Shown: piece after piece, positions 8,908 to 18,330 of the stretch
Position numbering within the stretch: position 1 is the stretch's first letter
Layout: every line of letters starts with the position of its first letter
NCBI GenBank assembly: GCA_046331525.1
Contig: JAXLQQ010000020.1
Span: 178 to 64,177 of the forward strand
Direction of reading: 5' to 3'
Source: Blastocatellia bacterium
GTDB taxonomy: Bacteria > Acidobacteriota > Blastocatellia > RBC074
DNA: 64,000 nucleotides
Notes under the pieces: model-generated
Databases searched by the model: none
Seen by the model: the letters and a program-made list of their open reading frames with translations, nothing else
What the model was told of the DNA's origin: nothing
Program-made: the position numbers and the translations under genes

Positions 8908-10236
8908 ATGCAGTATTCAATTAGTATTGTCCTTTCTTGCCTAGTGATATTTTGTTTTATGCCGATGAGGGAAAAGTCATCAGTTATACGGAATTCTGAT
9001 TCAGATGCTACTTTGCCCTTTATGCAGCAACATCGAGAAAACACGTCAGATCAGATCACCTTGCGCCAAACTCTTCCAGACTCTTCGGAAAATCTTGAGG
9101 CCGCCTATATGCGACTGGGATTTAGCCCTGATGGGAGGACGCTCATCACAGGGCCAGCCCATAAGGAGGCAAAAGTATGGGATGTATTGTCTGGAAAGTT
9201 AGTGGTGGCTTTGAAGGGGAAAAGCACGGGTTCTGTAGCCAGCTATAGCCCGGACGGAAAATATGTCATTACTGCACCAGGAAAAGACCTTGTAATATGG
9301 AATGCTCAAACGGGAGAGTTAATCAAAAAAATATCGGCTGTCGGAGGTATCCAGGCGGTGGGTGGGATAATAAAGGTTCAATATACTGCGAATGGTAGTT
9401 ACCTTCTTGGTACAGATGGCACTTGTCGTGGGACAGTTGTTGATCTAACGGCAATGAGTAAAATTAAAGAGATCATGCCGAAGAGTTTTCTCGGTAAGAA
9501 TAACTATGAAAATGGAGCATTAAGCCTTAGCCCTGACGGTCAGACTGTACTTGGCGTTTGTGGTGGCAACTCAAAGATTAGGCTTTATGCGATTCAGACA
9601 GGAAAGGAACTCAAAACTTTTCCGGCACACCAAGGAACATACGCGGATGGAACGGATTTCTACGAAACGCACAGTGTCATGTTTCTTCCAGACGGAAGAC
9701 GCTTTGTGACATTAGGAATCGGAGGAATGAAGCTGTGGGATGTAGCAACAGGGCAGCAATTAACCAACTTTGCCAAGCATCGCAGCACAATCTACGATGT
9801 ATTTTTGAGTCCTGATACGAAGTTGTTAGGCGCGGTCAGCCGCGATGGAACGGCGATTCTTTGGGATTGGGAGCAGGGAAAAGAGAAACATACTTTTTCT
9901 GGCTATAAAAGTTTTGTTTCTCGACTTGCTTTTAGTTCAGATGGGAAGATTATAGCAGCAGGCGGAAAAGAGGTAAGAGCCTGGGATGTAGAAACAGGTA
10001 GGTTATTAACCTCAATTGATAATAAAGAGCAAGAAGTTAAAGAACTTATATTTACCAAGCAAGGAGAATGGTTAATTGTCTCCGACGAAAAGAAAGTTAC
10101 TGTTTGGAATCCACAAAGCGGTGTCTTGGTTAGAGAGTTGGGTAATGCGCGTGCGCCTATAGCTATTAGTGCTGATGGAAAAATATTGGCAACACGCGGG
10201 ATGCAAAAAGATGTTTTACTATGGGATTTACAATAA
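8908..10236 (+). CDS. WD40 beta-propeller repeat protein with an N-terminal hydrophobic anchor or signal
   Basis: Repeated blade-end motifs KVWDV, VIWNA, KLWDV, ILWDW, RAWDV, TVWNP, LLWDL. N-terminus is ISIVLSCLVIFCF. GAGGGA RBS before the ATG. The gene is visibly AT-rich. Confidence 0.85.
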   Translation: MQYSISIVLSCLVIFCFMPMREKSSVIRNSDSDATLPFMQQHRENTSDQITLRQTLPDSSENLEAAYMRLGFSPDGRTLITGPAHKEAKVWDVLSGKLVVALKGKSTGSVASYSPDGKYVITAPGKDLVIWNAQTGELIKKISAVGGIQAVGGIIKVQYTANGSYLLGTDGTCRGTVVDLTAMSKIKEIMPKSFLGKNNYENGALSLSPDGQTVLGVCGGNSKIRLYAIQTGKELKTFPAHQGTYADGTDFYETHSVMFLPDGRRFVTLGIGGMKLWDVATGQQLTNFAKHRSTIYDVFLSPDTKLLGAVSRDGTAILWDWEQGKEKHTFSGYKSFVSRLAFSSDGKIIAAGGKEVRAWDVETGRLLTSIDNKEQEVKELIFTKQGEWLIVSDEKKVTVWNPQSGVLVRELGNARAPIAISADGKILATRGMQKDVLLWDLQ

Positions 10237-10363
10237 ACCTGTTTAGCTATAAGAGTTGTAGACTTGCCCGTGTCTGAAATCAACTAGACTTTTCCTCTGC
10301 CTCTACACGTCTCACATAAAATAATCGGTGGGAGTAGTGTGCGCAGACCAAGAGAGGTTATCT

Positions 10364-10789
10364 ATGTCCCTCACGATGACGACCAGCCCTAAGCTGCTCC
10401 GACATGCACTTTCATCCTCTAAAAGCAGCCAAAACTTATCTGCTCCTTTGCTCGTTCCGCGTGATTGGCGAGTGCAAAAAGTCATCAAGCGATTGCTCAA
10501 TAATTTACACCAGCCGCATTACCGCGACAATCTGGCAGAAACAGTGAGTCTTTGTCCAAAACAATTGACGCGGGTGTTTCGGCAGCAGACTGGCTTCACG
10601 CCACTGCAATATCTGAAGCGGTTGCGTTTGGAAGAGGCGAAAGACCTGTTGGCAGACTTCACGCTGAGTATTCAGGAAGTGTTACAGCAAGTTGGCTATG
10701 AAAATGCAAGTCAGTTTAGTGCTGATTTTAAGCACGCTTTTGGTCGCACGCCGCGCCAATACCGACAATTAGTGCTGAGCCATCAGTGA
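10364..10789 (+). CDS. AraC/XylS-family transcriptional regulator with essentially only the HTH domain
   Basis: Dual HTH signature: LAETVSLCPKQLTRVFRQQTGFTPLQYLKRLRLEEAKDLL and GYENASQFSADFKHAFGRTPRQYR. There is no room for a ligand-binding domain. Confidence 0.8.
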   Translation: MSLTMTTSPKLLRHALSSSKSSQNLSAPLLVPRDWRVQKVIKRLLNNLHQPHYRDNLAETVSLCPKQLTRVFRQQTGFTPLQYLKRLRLEEAKDLLADFTLSIQEVLQQVGYENASQFSADFKHAFGRTPRQYRQLVLSHQ

Positions 10790-10790
10790 A

Positions 10791-10840
10791 ATGTCCTTTT
10801 TTTGTTAGTGATGTCCATTTTTTGTTAGAAATAGTGTCCC
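10791..10840. repeat. Roughly 20-nt direct repeat (ATGTCC-T-rich-GTTAG, 2 copies plus a partial copy) immediately after the AraC stop
   Basis: Sequence is atgtcctttttttgttagtg atgtccattttttgttagaa atagtgtcc. An ACCACA..TGTGGT stem follows. Confidence 0.5.
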
Positions 10841-11038
10841 AAACCACAATAAAACTGTGGTAGCGTTTTGGGCGTCATCTGGTAGATAAAGTTCACGAGT
10901 CCACAGTTGCACTCTCATTGCAAGAATGCCGACTGTCGTCCTCGCTCTCGACAAAATTCATTTCTTCCTGTGTGGGCAATTCGCGCTCACGTCAGGAATC
11001 GTGTGTCCAGCTTCTGCGGCTGGGGCGAAAGGATTTCT

Positions 11039-11509
11039 ATGCCATTTTCATTTCGACGTTTGTCTAAAACACAATTGATTGCGCTGGGGGTTATAGCTGT
11101 ACTGGGGATTGCCGTCTTTGGGGTTAGCGAGAAACTCAAATTGGCCAATACCCCTGCTCCTGTTGCACGAGCGCGGCAGATAGAGCCTCCACAGAATCAG
11201 TCTCAACCACCCCGCTCCAAGCTGGAATCGGAAGTGATTGTGCTGCGAGAGCGCGGCTTTGAGCCTTTTGAAATTACTCGTCCGACAGGAACCTTTGCTT
11301 TAACCGTGGACACTCGAATTGGGGGCAGAAATGCTGATCTTGTTTTGAGTCAAGTTGCAGGCGAGAAAGTTCGTGAGGTGAAGCTACCAGTCGGCAAGAG
11401 AGCTTGGAGAGAACAAATCAATCTGCCACCAGGAAGATATATCTTGACGGTTGCCAACCAACCGAATGCGATTTGCAAGATTACGATCACACCGCCGCGC
11501 CCCTCTTAA
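11039..11509 (+). CDS. Hypothetical membrane-anchored protein upstream of RHS-2
   Basis: The N-terminal TM segment LIALGVIAVLGIAVFGV is followed by a P/Q-rich linker and a roughly 100-aa beta-rich segment. No family was recognised. Confidence 0.55.
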   Translation: MPFSFRRLSKTQLIALGVIAVLGIAVFGVSEKLKLANTPAPVARARQIEPPQNQSQPPRSKLESEVIVLRERGFEPFEITRPTGTFALTVDTRIGGRNADLVLSQVAGEKVREVKLPVGKRAWREQINLPPGRYILTVANQPNAICKITITPPRPS

Positions 11510-11579
11510 CGTTGGCAGCAAGGTCTAAGATAACCTCACTTTCCTAATGTAACGCTGATTCATCTACTTGGAGTTTTTT

Positions 11580-14500
11580 ATGTTGCTCTTCAGCTATTTT
11601 GAAAAATACGGCACTGTTGTTCGTCTGAAAACTATAGGACTCATTCTTCTCTGTTTATTTGGCGTTACAGACCACACCTACGCGCAATATGATAAAACCG
11701 CCGGCGTCACACCGAGCTTACTGACTCCGGGTACACCTGCGGGAACATACCCCTTAGAAGGATTCGATACAGTAAATTTATACAATGGGAACATGAACTT
11801 CAGTCTGCCCCTCCTCACGATCAAAGGCCGTGGCAGTGTCAGTCACACGATTAACTTGCGAATTGAGCAGCGTTGGCAATTAGATGGTTATTTCGCTTCG
11901 CAAGGGATTTACACGCCGATGGCACATTGGTGGACTGGGATTGAACCTGGGTATGGGCCGGGCACAATGGAGGGCAGGTATCTCAATGACCCCTGTGGTG
12001 ATCCAGTCTATAGCGGACAGCAAATCACGCGACTCTACTTCACCACGCCTGATGGAACCGAGATTGAGTTTCGTGATCAAGAGAGTCGGGGCGAAACAAA
12101 ACTTGGCAACTGTTATCCGCATGGCATCTATAGCCCTACTTTCAACCGCAAAAAAATATTTAATGCAGTGGACGGTTCAGCCGCGACGTTTATTTCCGAT
12201 ACGGACATTTACGACTGGAATGGGATTGGCGACACATATATTTTTCCAACCGGAAACTTGATGTGGCGTGATGGCACTATGTACCGCATAGTAAATGGTC
12301 AGGTGAGTTGGATGCGGGATCGTAATGGCAATCGTTTGGAATGTAATGGGAATGTATTTAAGGATTCTTTGAATCGTGAAGTCACAATTACCACGCACCC
12401 TCAAAGCCCTGCCCCAAACTATTATGATAAAATTACCTACCGGGGGAATGATGGTGCCATCCGGGAAATTAAAATTTGGTATAAACCCTTGGAAGATATT
12501 TTACGGGCCGATTATCAGGTTGGGACGGCTCCTTATACGCGAACCTACGATCAATTATTTGGCTTGGGAAGTTCCCAGACTCGGCATAATCCGTTGAAAG
12601 CGGCGTCGGTCGAATTGCCGAATGGAAAAAGTTACCAGTTTTATTACAATCCTTATGGCGAGTTAGCGCGTGTAGTATTACCTACTGGCGGTGCTTACGA
12701 ATATGACTGGATGGGTTATATTAGTGGCAATCCTGACATCATCCGGCGCGTGGCAGAAAAACGAGTCTATCCGACAGGTGGGCAGGGAACAGCTTTCTCG
12801 GTGAAAACGATTTTTTCCGATAATCAGACTCCAACCGGGACAAATTCCTGGTTCTTCACCGAACAGCGCGATGCTGCCAACAATTTGCTGGCCCACAGCA
12901 AGCATTACTTTTACTATAATTCCGTTAGTTCCACATACCTTTGGACTCCGTTTCAAAACAGGCCATACGACGAAGGACGCGAAAATAAAACAGAGGTTTA
13001 CAACACCTCTGGCAGCAACGTGTCGAACATGCTGCGAGAAACAAGTCAAGTGTGGACAGCTAGTTTTTGGGGGGCGGCTCCTTCGTCGGACACGCGCATC
13101 AGTGAGAAGGTAACAACGTTATCTGACATCAGTCCCAATCTCGTCTCAAAAGAGACTTACAGTTATGACGCCTATAACAATAAGACGGACATCTATGAAT
13201 ACAATTTTGGAGCGGGAAATTATGGAACTCTTATCCGGCGCACGCATACAGACTATGTGACTACCAATAATAGTGCGAATTATGCGACGGCTACCAATAT
13301 TCACTTGCGCGGGCTACCAAGCGTGATACAGGTCTTTGATGCTAACAATATCAAGCGGGCCGAATCGCTCTTAGAATACGATAACTATAATCAAAGTAGT
13401 TCGGATGTCTTCCATGCTGCACTTATCCCGCGCAACAATATCAGTGGGCTGGATAGTATCTTCACGACTAGCTATTACAACCGTGGTAACGTGACAAAAA
13501 CGACGCAAAATCTTCTGGATGTGAATGGAAACGTCACCAGTTCCATCTACAATCATGCCCAATACGACATTGCCGGAAATGTGGTGAAAACGGTTGATCC
13601 ACGCAGCACTACCTCGAATCTTATTACCACAACATTTGAATTCGATGATCGGTTTGGCTATCCCAATGGCGAAGCACAGTCCAACAGTACGCCGCCCGCT
13701 CCTGGCTCGACCTGGCTGAATGGGCAAACGACCTACGCTTTTCCCACCAAAGTCACCAATGCGCTCGGACATATTGCCTACACGCAGGTAGATTATTTCC
13801 TCGGCAAACCCGTTGACACCGAAGACGCGAATAATATCAAGGGAAGTTTGTACTATATTGACGCCTTTGACCGTCCGACCAAAGGTATTCGGGCAGTCGG
13901 CACGGCGCTGCAAAATCAAACGCTCATCACTTACGACGATACGAACCGAATAGTTACGACCACGACGGACAAAGATGCGAACACCGATGGCGCACTGCAA
14001 AGCAAAGCCTTTTATGACGGCTTAGGACGGCTCTATCGGAAGGCCACGTATGAAGGAACGATTCCGGGCTATAGTCAGGCTCAGTGGGCTATTGTGGAAA
14101 CGCACTTTGATGCGCTGGGCCGGGTCTATCGCCGTAGTAACCCTTTCCGCGATGCCTCTCCGATTGTGGCTTTGCCAGGCAATGCGGAATGGACAACTTC
14201 AACTTTTGATGCGCTCAGTCGCGTCCTCACCGTTACTGCGCCAGACAATACGGTGGCGACAACCAGTTACATAGGCAATGAGGTCTTAGCGATTGATCAA
14301 GCGGGCAAACAGCGCAAGAGTGAATCCGATGCGGTTGGAAGACTCGTGAAGGTCTGGGAAGCGCCGAACGATCCAACCAATTTCAACTATCTTACCACCT
14401 ATGCGTATGACACCTTGGATAATCTGACAACTGTTACCCAGGGCGCACAAACGCGCACCTTTGTCTATGATTCGCTCAAGCGTTTGAAACAGGTAACTAA

Positions 14501-17366
14501 TCCTGAGAGCGGGACAACAACTTACACCTACGACAATAATTTCAATTTACTTACTAAGTTAGATGCAAACAGTATCACGACGACCTATGCGTATGATGCG
14601 TTGAATCGGAATACGACTACCAATTATTCCAATACTGCGATCACTCCTGATCTGACGCGCAGCTATGATGGTGCCACCACTGGCAAAGGCCAATACTGGG
14701 AATCCTACGCTGGGGGAGATTTTACGAATGGCAGCAATGTTGAGTACCAGAAGATCAATGCCTACGATGTGCTGGGACGCCCTTTATCTGTCACGCAAAG
14801 ACAAAAGCTGAATGGCACCTGGAGCGCGAGTTTGTACACCACGGCACGCACCTACAATCTGGCTGGCAATGTGCTTTCACAAACCTACCCGTCCGGCAAA
14901 GTCGTGAATTACAGCTACGATCAGGCAGCCCGCCTGACGAGCTTTACCGGGCAATTAGGAGGTATCACAGGGCCGGGTAACACGGATATTAGTTATGCAA
15001 ATAACATCAAATACAACGCGCGTAGCCAGATGATCCGTGAGACTTTTGGCACGACGACAAATCTTTATCATCGCAACTACTACAATCGGCGGGGGCAACT
15101 GTTTGACGCCCGGCTCGGCACGGATAGCAACACAGCTTACGATGTTGAGAATCCAGTGGTTTGGCGTTGGGCAACGGGAACATGGAATCGTGGAGCGATC
15201 CGGCTGAATTACAGTAGCACGGGAAATGATTATGAGGATTATACGACCACCAATGGCGCGTTGGTGAACAACAATGGCAATGTGTATCGCATGGATCATT
15301 TCATTCCCGATAACGACAGCGTGACCTCCTGGAAAATGAATGCCAATTACTATAATTATGACGCGCTTAATCGTTTGCAGTGGGTGCAGGAAAATCAGGT
15401 CAATAATGGCGCAGAAACGGTAGCTTATAAACAAACCAATTCGTATGATCGCTGGGGCAATCGCACGATAGATCAAAGCAATACCTGGGCGATGGATGGA
15501 AATGTTTGGGTGGAGGATAGTCTTCCAAGCAGTGCGGTAGCAGTAGGTGATAACGACGGTTGGAATTGGGTGACCGCCGCTCCGACACCGTTCTCCGGGT
15601 CGTCAAGTCACCAATCCAGCACTGTCGCTGGAGTCCACCAACATTACTTTTATGGAGCAACAAATACGCTGACGCTTACGGCCAGTGATAGTCTGTATGC
15701 GTGGGTTTATCTTGACCCGACGAACCCGCCCACAGAGGTGATGTTGCAATGGAACAACGGCGACTGGGAGCATCGCGCCTATTGGGGGGCTGATCAGATT
15801 GGCTGGGGAGTGAACAATACCAACAGCCGTCGTTATGTGGGAGCGTTACCAGCAACCGGTGGTTGGGTGCGCTTGGAAGTCCCGGCTTCCGCCGTGGGCT
15901 TAGTCGGCAGCACCCTGAATGGAATGGCCTTCACTTTATATGGCGGTAAAGCAACGTGGGATCGGGCCGGCAAGACTGCTCTTATAGGGGGCGGAATTAA
16001 CAAAGAGAAGTACACCGTAGACGCGACAAATAACCGCTTCACGGAACTCACCTATTATGCGTCAGGGGCTGTCAAGGGCGAAAAGACGACTGGGACGGGA
16101 CGGATGGAGTATCAATACGATGCCGAAAATCGTGTCATCGCTTACGGGTATAATATTGTTACGACCCCCGGCAATCCGGTGACCAGTCGCTATTTCTATG
16201 ATGCCGATGGTAATCGCACACGAAAGATCGTGAGTGGCACGGAAACCTGGTTTGTTTATGGATTGGACGGTGAATTGGTGGCAGAGTACAATGCCAACGG
16301 CGCGGTGGGAAGCCCGCAGAAAGAATACGGCTACCGTAGCGGACAATTGTTAGTGGTGTATGACACCACAGAAACGACGGCGGACAAGAAGCTACAATGG
16401 ATGGTGACGGATCACCTCGGAACGCCGCGTATGGTCATTGACAAGACAGGTAGCCTGAGTGGAGTAAAACGACACGATTACCTCCCCTTCGGCGAAGAGC
16501 TTGGAGCAGGTGTGGGATTACGAAGCGCGGGAAACGGCTACACGGCGGATCAAGTGCGACAGAAGTTTACAGGGTATGAGCGGGATACGGAGACCGGACT
16601 GGATTATGCGCAGGCGCGGATGTATGCGAATGTGCAGGGGCGGTTTACTAGCCCTGATCCACTACTTGAAAGTGGGCGGCCCGAAGACGCACAATCTTGG
16701 AATCGGTACGCATACGCCCGCAACAACCCGCTCGCTTATATCGACCCGACAGGACTGAATTATGAGCATCTCAAGGGGCGGCAAAAAGATTTGATTGATC
16801 AATGGGCTGCTGCTCAGAATAAGGCGAACAAAACCAATATTAGTGCAGAAGCGATGTACAATGGACTTACCGAATCACAGAGAAGTACCTATGAATCCGT
16901 GACGCACGCGATGATGAACACCCAGCTCAAAGATGATAAAGGGAATTCCCTCGGCAATGCGTTGGATGCTGTCCAAAGCATAACTTCTATTGCTGGCGAC
17001 TCCAAAGATGGCGGTGCCCCGAAAGACGCGAAATCGGATCAACAGTTCCGAGTGTATGTAGAAATAAAGAGCGGCAAAGAGTTGATTGCTGGCTCCGTAC
17101 AGTTCGATAGCGGGCGTAATAAGGGTGGGCTTCACGAGGGCTATCCTTTGAGCTTCCGGCTCAAGGGAGGAGTGCCAAGTCTTCAGGTCTCAATGAGCGA
17201 GGACTTTAGGCGGGGAGATAATGATGTAGATTATCTTCCGAAATGGCACCCTTTGCATCTTACCAAGGCTAATTCTGACATTCGCGATGGCAATAACTAC
17301 AAGAACCATACCAAACGTTTTGGGCCAGGCTTGGTAAACTGGTGGGAGAAAAAGAAGAAGAAATGA
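11580..17366 (+). CDS. RHS/YD-repeat polymorphic toxin 2 with signal peptide, non-YD insertion and an unrecognised C-terminal toxin tip
   Basis: Signal-like N-terminus (LILLCLFGVTDHTYAQ). Many YD repeats (YAYDTLDNLT, FVYDSLKRL, YTYDNNFNLL, YAYDALNR). Core end motif YARNNPLAYIDPTGL at 16743-16757. GGAG lies 6 nt before the ATG at 11580. Confidence 0.9.
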   Translation: MLLFSYFEKYGTVVRLKTIGLILLCLFGVTDHTYAQYDKTAGVTPSLLTPGTPAGTYPLEGFDTVNLYNGNMNFSLPLLTIKGRGSVSHTINLRIEQRWQLDGYFASQGIYTPMAHWWTGIEPGYGPGTMEGRYLNDPCGDPVYSGQQITRLYFTTPDGTEIEFRDQESRGETKLGNCYPHGIYSPTFNRKKIFNAVDGSAATFISDTDIYDWNGIGDTYIFPTGNLMWRDGTMYRIVNGQVSWMRDRNGNRLECNGNVFKDSLNREVTITTHPQSPAPNYYDKITYRGNDGAIREIKIWYKPLEDILRADYQVGTAPYTRTYDQLFGLGSSQTRHNPLKAASVELPNGKSYQFYYNPYGELARVVLPTGGAYEYDWMGYISGNPDIIRRVAEKRVYPTGGQGTAFSVKTIFSDNQTPTGTNSWFFTEQRDAANNLLAHSKHYFYYNSVSSTYLWTPFQNRPYDEGRENKTEVYNTSGSNVSNMLRETSQVWTASFWGAAPSSDTRISEKVTTLSDISPNLVSKETYSYDAYNNKTDIYEYNFGAGNYGTLIRRTHTDYVTTNNSANYATATNIHLRGLPSVIQVFDANNIKRAESLLEYDNYNQSSSDVFHAALIPRNNISGLDSIFTTSYYNRGNVTKTTQNLLDVNGNVTSSIYNHAQYDIAGNVVKTVDPRSTTSNLITTTFEFDDRFGYPNGEAQSNSTPPAPGSTWLNGQTTYAFPTKVTNALGHIAYTQVDYFLGKPVDTEDANNIKGSLYYIDAFDRPTKGIRAVGTALQNQTLITYDDTNRIVTTTTDKDANTDGALQSKAFYDGLGRLYRKATYEGTIPGYSQAQWAIVETHFDALGRVYRRSNPFRDASPIVALPGNAEWTTSTFDALSRVLTVTAPDNTVATTSYIGNEVLAIDQAGKQRKSESDAVGRLVKVWEAPNDPTNFNYLTTYAYDTLDNLTTVTQGAQTRTFVYDSLKRLKQVTNPESGTTTYTYDNNFNLLTKLDANSITTTYAYDALNRNTTTNYSNTAITPDLTRSYDGATTGKGQYWESYAGGDFTNGSNVEYQKINAYDVLGRPLSVTQRQKLNGTWSASLYTTARTYNLAGNVLSQTYPSGKVVNYSYDQAARLTSFTGQLGGITGPGNTDISYANNIKYNARSQMIRETFGTTTNLYHRNYYNRRGQLFDARLGTDSNTAYDVENPVVWRWATGTWNRGAIRLNYSSTGNDYEDYTTTNGALVNNNGNVYRMDHFIPDNDSVTSWKMNANYYNYDALNRLQWVQENQVNNGAETVAYKQTNSYDRWGNRTIDQSNTWAMDGNVWVEDSLPSSAVAVGDNDGWNWVTAAPTPFSGSSSHQSSTVAGVHQHYFYGATNTLTLTASDSLYAWVYLDPTNPPTEVMLQWNNGDWEHRAYWGADQIGWGVNNTNSRRYVGALPATGGWVRLEVPASAVGLVGSTLNGMAFTLYGGKATWDRAGKTALIGGGINKEKYTVDATNNRFTELTYYASGAVKGEKTTGTGRMEYQYDAENRVIAYGYNIVTTPGNPVTSRYFYDADGNRTRKIVSGTETWFVYGLDGELVAEYNANGAVGSPQKEYGYRSGQLLVVYDTTETTADKKLQWMVTDHLGTPRMVIDKTGSLSGVKRHDYLPFGEELGAGVGLRSAGNGYTADQVRQKFTGYERDTETGLDYAQARMYANVQGRFTSPDPLLESGRPEDAQSWNRYAYARNNPLAYIDPTGLNYEHLKGRQKDLIDQWAAAQNKANKTNISAEAMYNGLTESQRSTYESVTHAMMNTQLKDDKGNSLGNALDAVQSITSIAGDSKDGGAPKDAKSDQQFRVYVEIKSGKELIAGSVQFDSGRNKGGLHEGYPLSFRLKGGVPSLQVSMSEDFRRGDNDVDYLPKWHPLHLTKANSDIRDGNNYKNHTKRFGPGLVNWWEKKKKK

Positions 17367-17935
17367 TTAAACTGATTCTTGAGAGGCTTGTTTTACTGTT
17401 GCTAATGTCGGGCGTTGTGGTTCCAGCGACGGCGCAGAATAATGCGCTGAAGAAGGCTGACCAGCAGGCAGAAGTCGCCGTGCGATCCTTTCTTAACATC
17501 TGGTTGGTTGACAGAGATGTGAAGCGTGCCACTGGCTACCTCAGCACTGATAAGAACTTGTGTGCGCCCACAGAAATGCCGGACTCTTTTCAGCTAACTG
17601 CAAGATCGACGGCTCTGACCACGCTCAGGAAAAACCTTCGTCGTCCGCTGAAATGGATGTCTAGGCGGAAATCACTGTCAGCAGCGATTTCCGCTTTTCC
17701 CTCTGATCGCCAATCAGTAGATGGTGGCGTTTTGGTGAATAACAGCCCTGAATTCAGACTGTTTCGAGTTACCGAGAGGGTCTTAAATAATTGTAAGGCA
17801 CCGGTGAATAGTCCTCTATATGAGGCTGTATTCACCTTCGGGTTGGGGCCAGATCGCGGTGCCGGGATGTACTTCGTATTTCATAAAGAACGAGAACAAT
17901 GGAGAATTGTTTTGTACGATTGGCTTGCGCAGTAG
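17363..17935 (+). CDS. Secreted NTF2-like protein, candidate immunity protein for the RHS-2 tip
   Basis: Its ATG overlaps the RHS-2 TGA in an ATGA overlap at 17363-17366. Signal peptide is MIKLILERLVLLLLMSGVVVPATAQ. The segment AEVAVRSFLNIWLVDRDVKRATGYLS resembles NTF2/SnoaL-like folds. Confidence 0.65.
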   Translation: MIKLILERLVLLLLMSGVVVPATAQNNALKKADQQAEVAVRSFLNIWLVDRDVKRATGYLSTDKNLCAPTEMPDSFQLTARSTALTTLRKNLRRPLKWMSRRKSLSAAISAFPSDRQSVDGGVLVNNSPEFRLFRVTERVLNNCKAPVNSPLYEAVFTFGLGPDRGAGMYFVFHKEREQWRIVLYDWLAQ

Positions 17936-18016
17936 GGCGAGACGGCCTTATCAACAAGCAGGCCAAACTTGCTCTCCCTCACCGCTGATGAACTGCTACG
18001 GGGCATAGATCACTCA

Positions 18017-18330
18017 TTAGCGCAATAGATAAAGATTTGCGCGCCCATACATCTGCCGTTTGAGCAGTTTCAAGCGATTCAACCACCCTTCGCTTTGCCC
18101 GTTACTTCACTACTGAAGACAGTGGCTGTCGGACTATCGCTTCATCCGTCTTCAGGCTGGCCGCAAAGCTGGCTTATTCGGGAACGCTACTTTCCTGTAC
18201 GCGCTGCCACCAAGGATCAAAGTCGCGTTCCGCGCGCTTGTTGACAATTCCTGCGCCAATGTTTGCGTCTGCGCGAATTCGCACTGGCTTTGCACCAGTG
18301 CTTGCATCATTAAAGAATCAGCCTTCCCAG
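18017..18330 (-). pseudogene. ISL3-family-like transposase C-terminal remnant
   Basis: The minus strand of 18017-18100 translates to GQSEGWLNRLKLLKRQMYGRANLYLLR-stop, the typical C-terminal signature of ISL3-type DDE transposases. An in-frame stop lies just upstream. Further upstream similarity continues in another frame (the 18152-18433 ORF). Confidence 0.5.
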
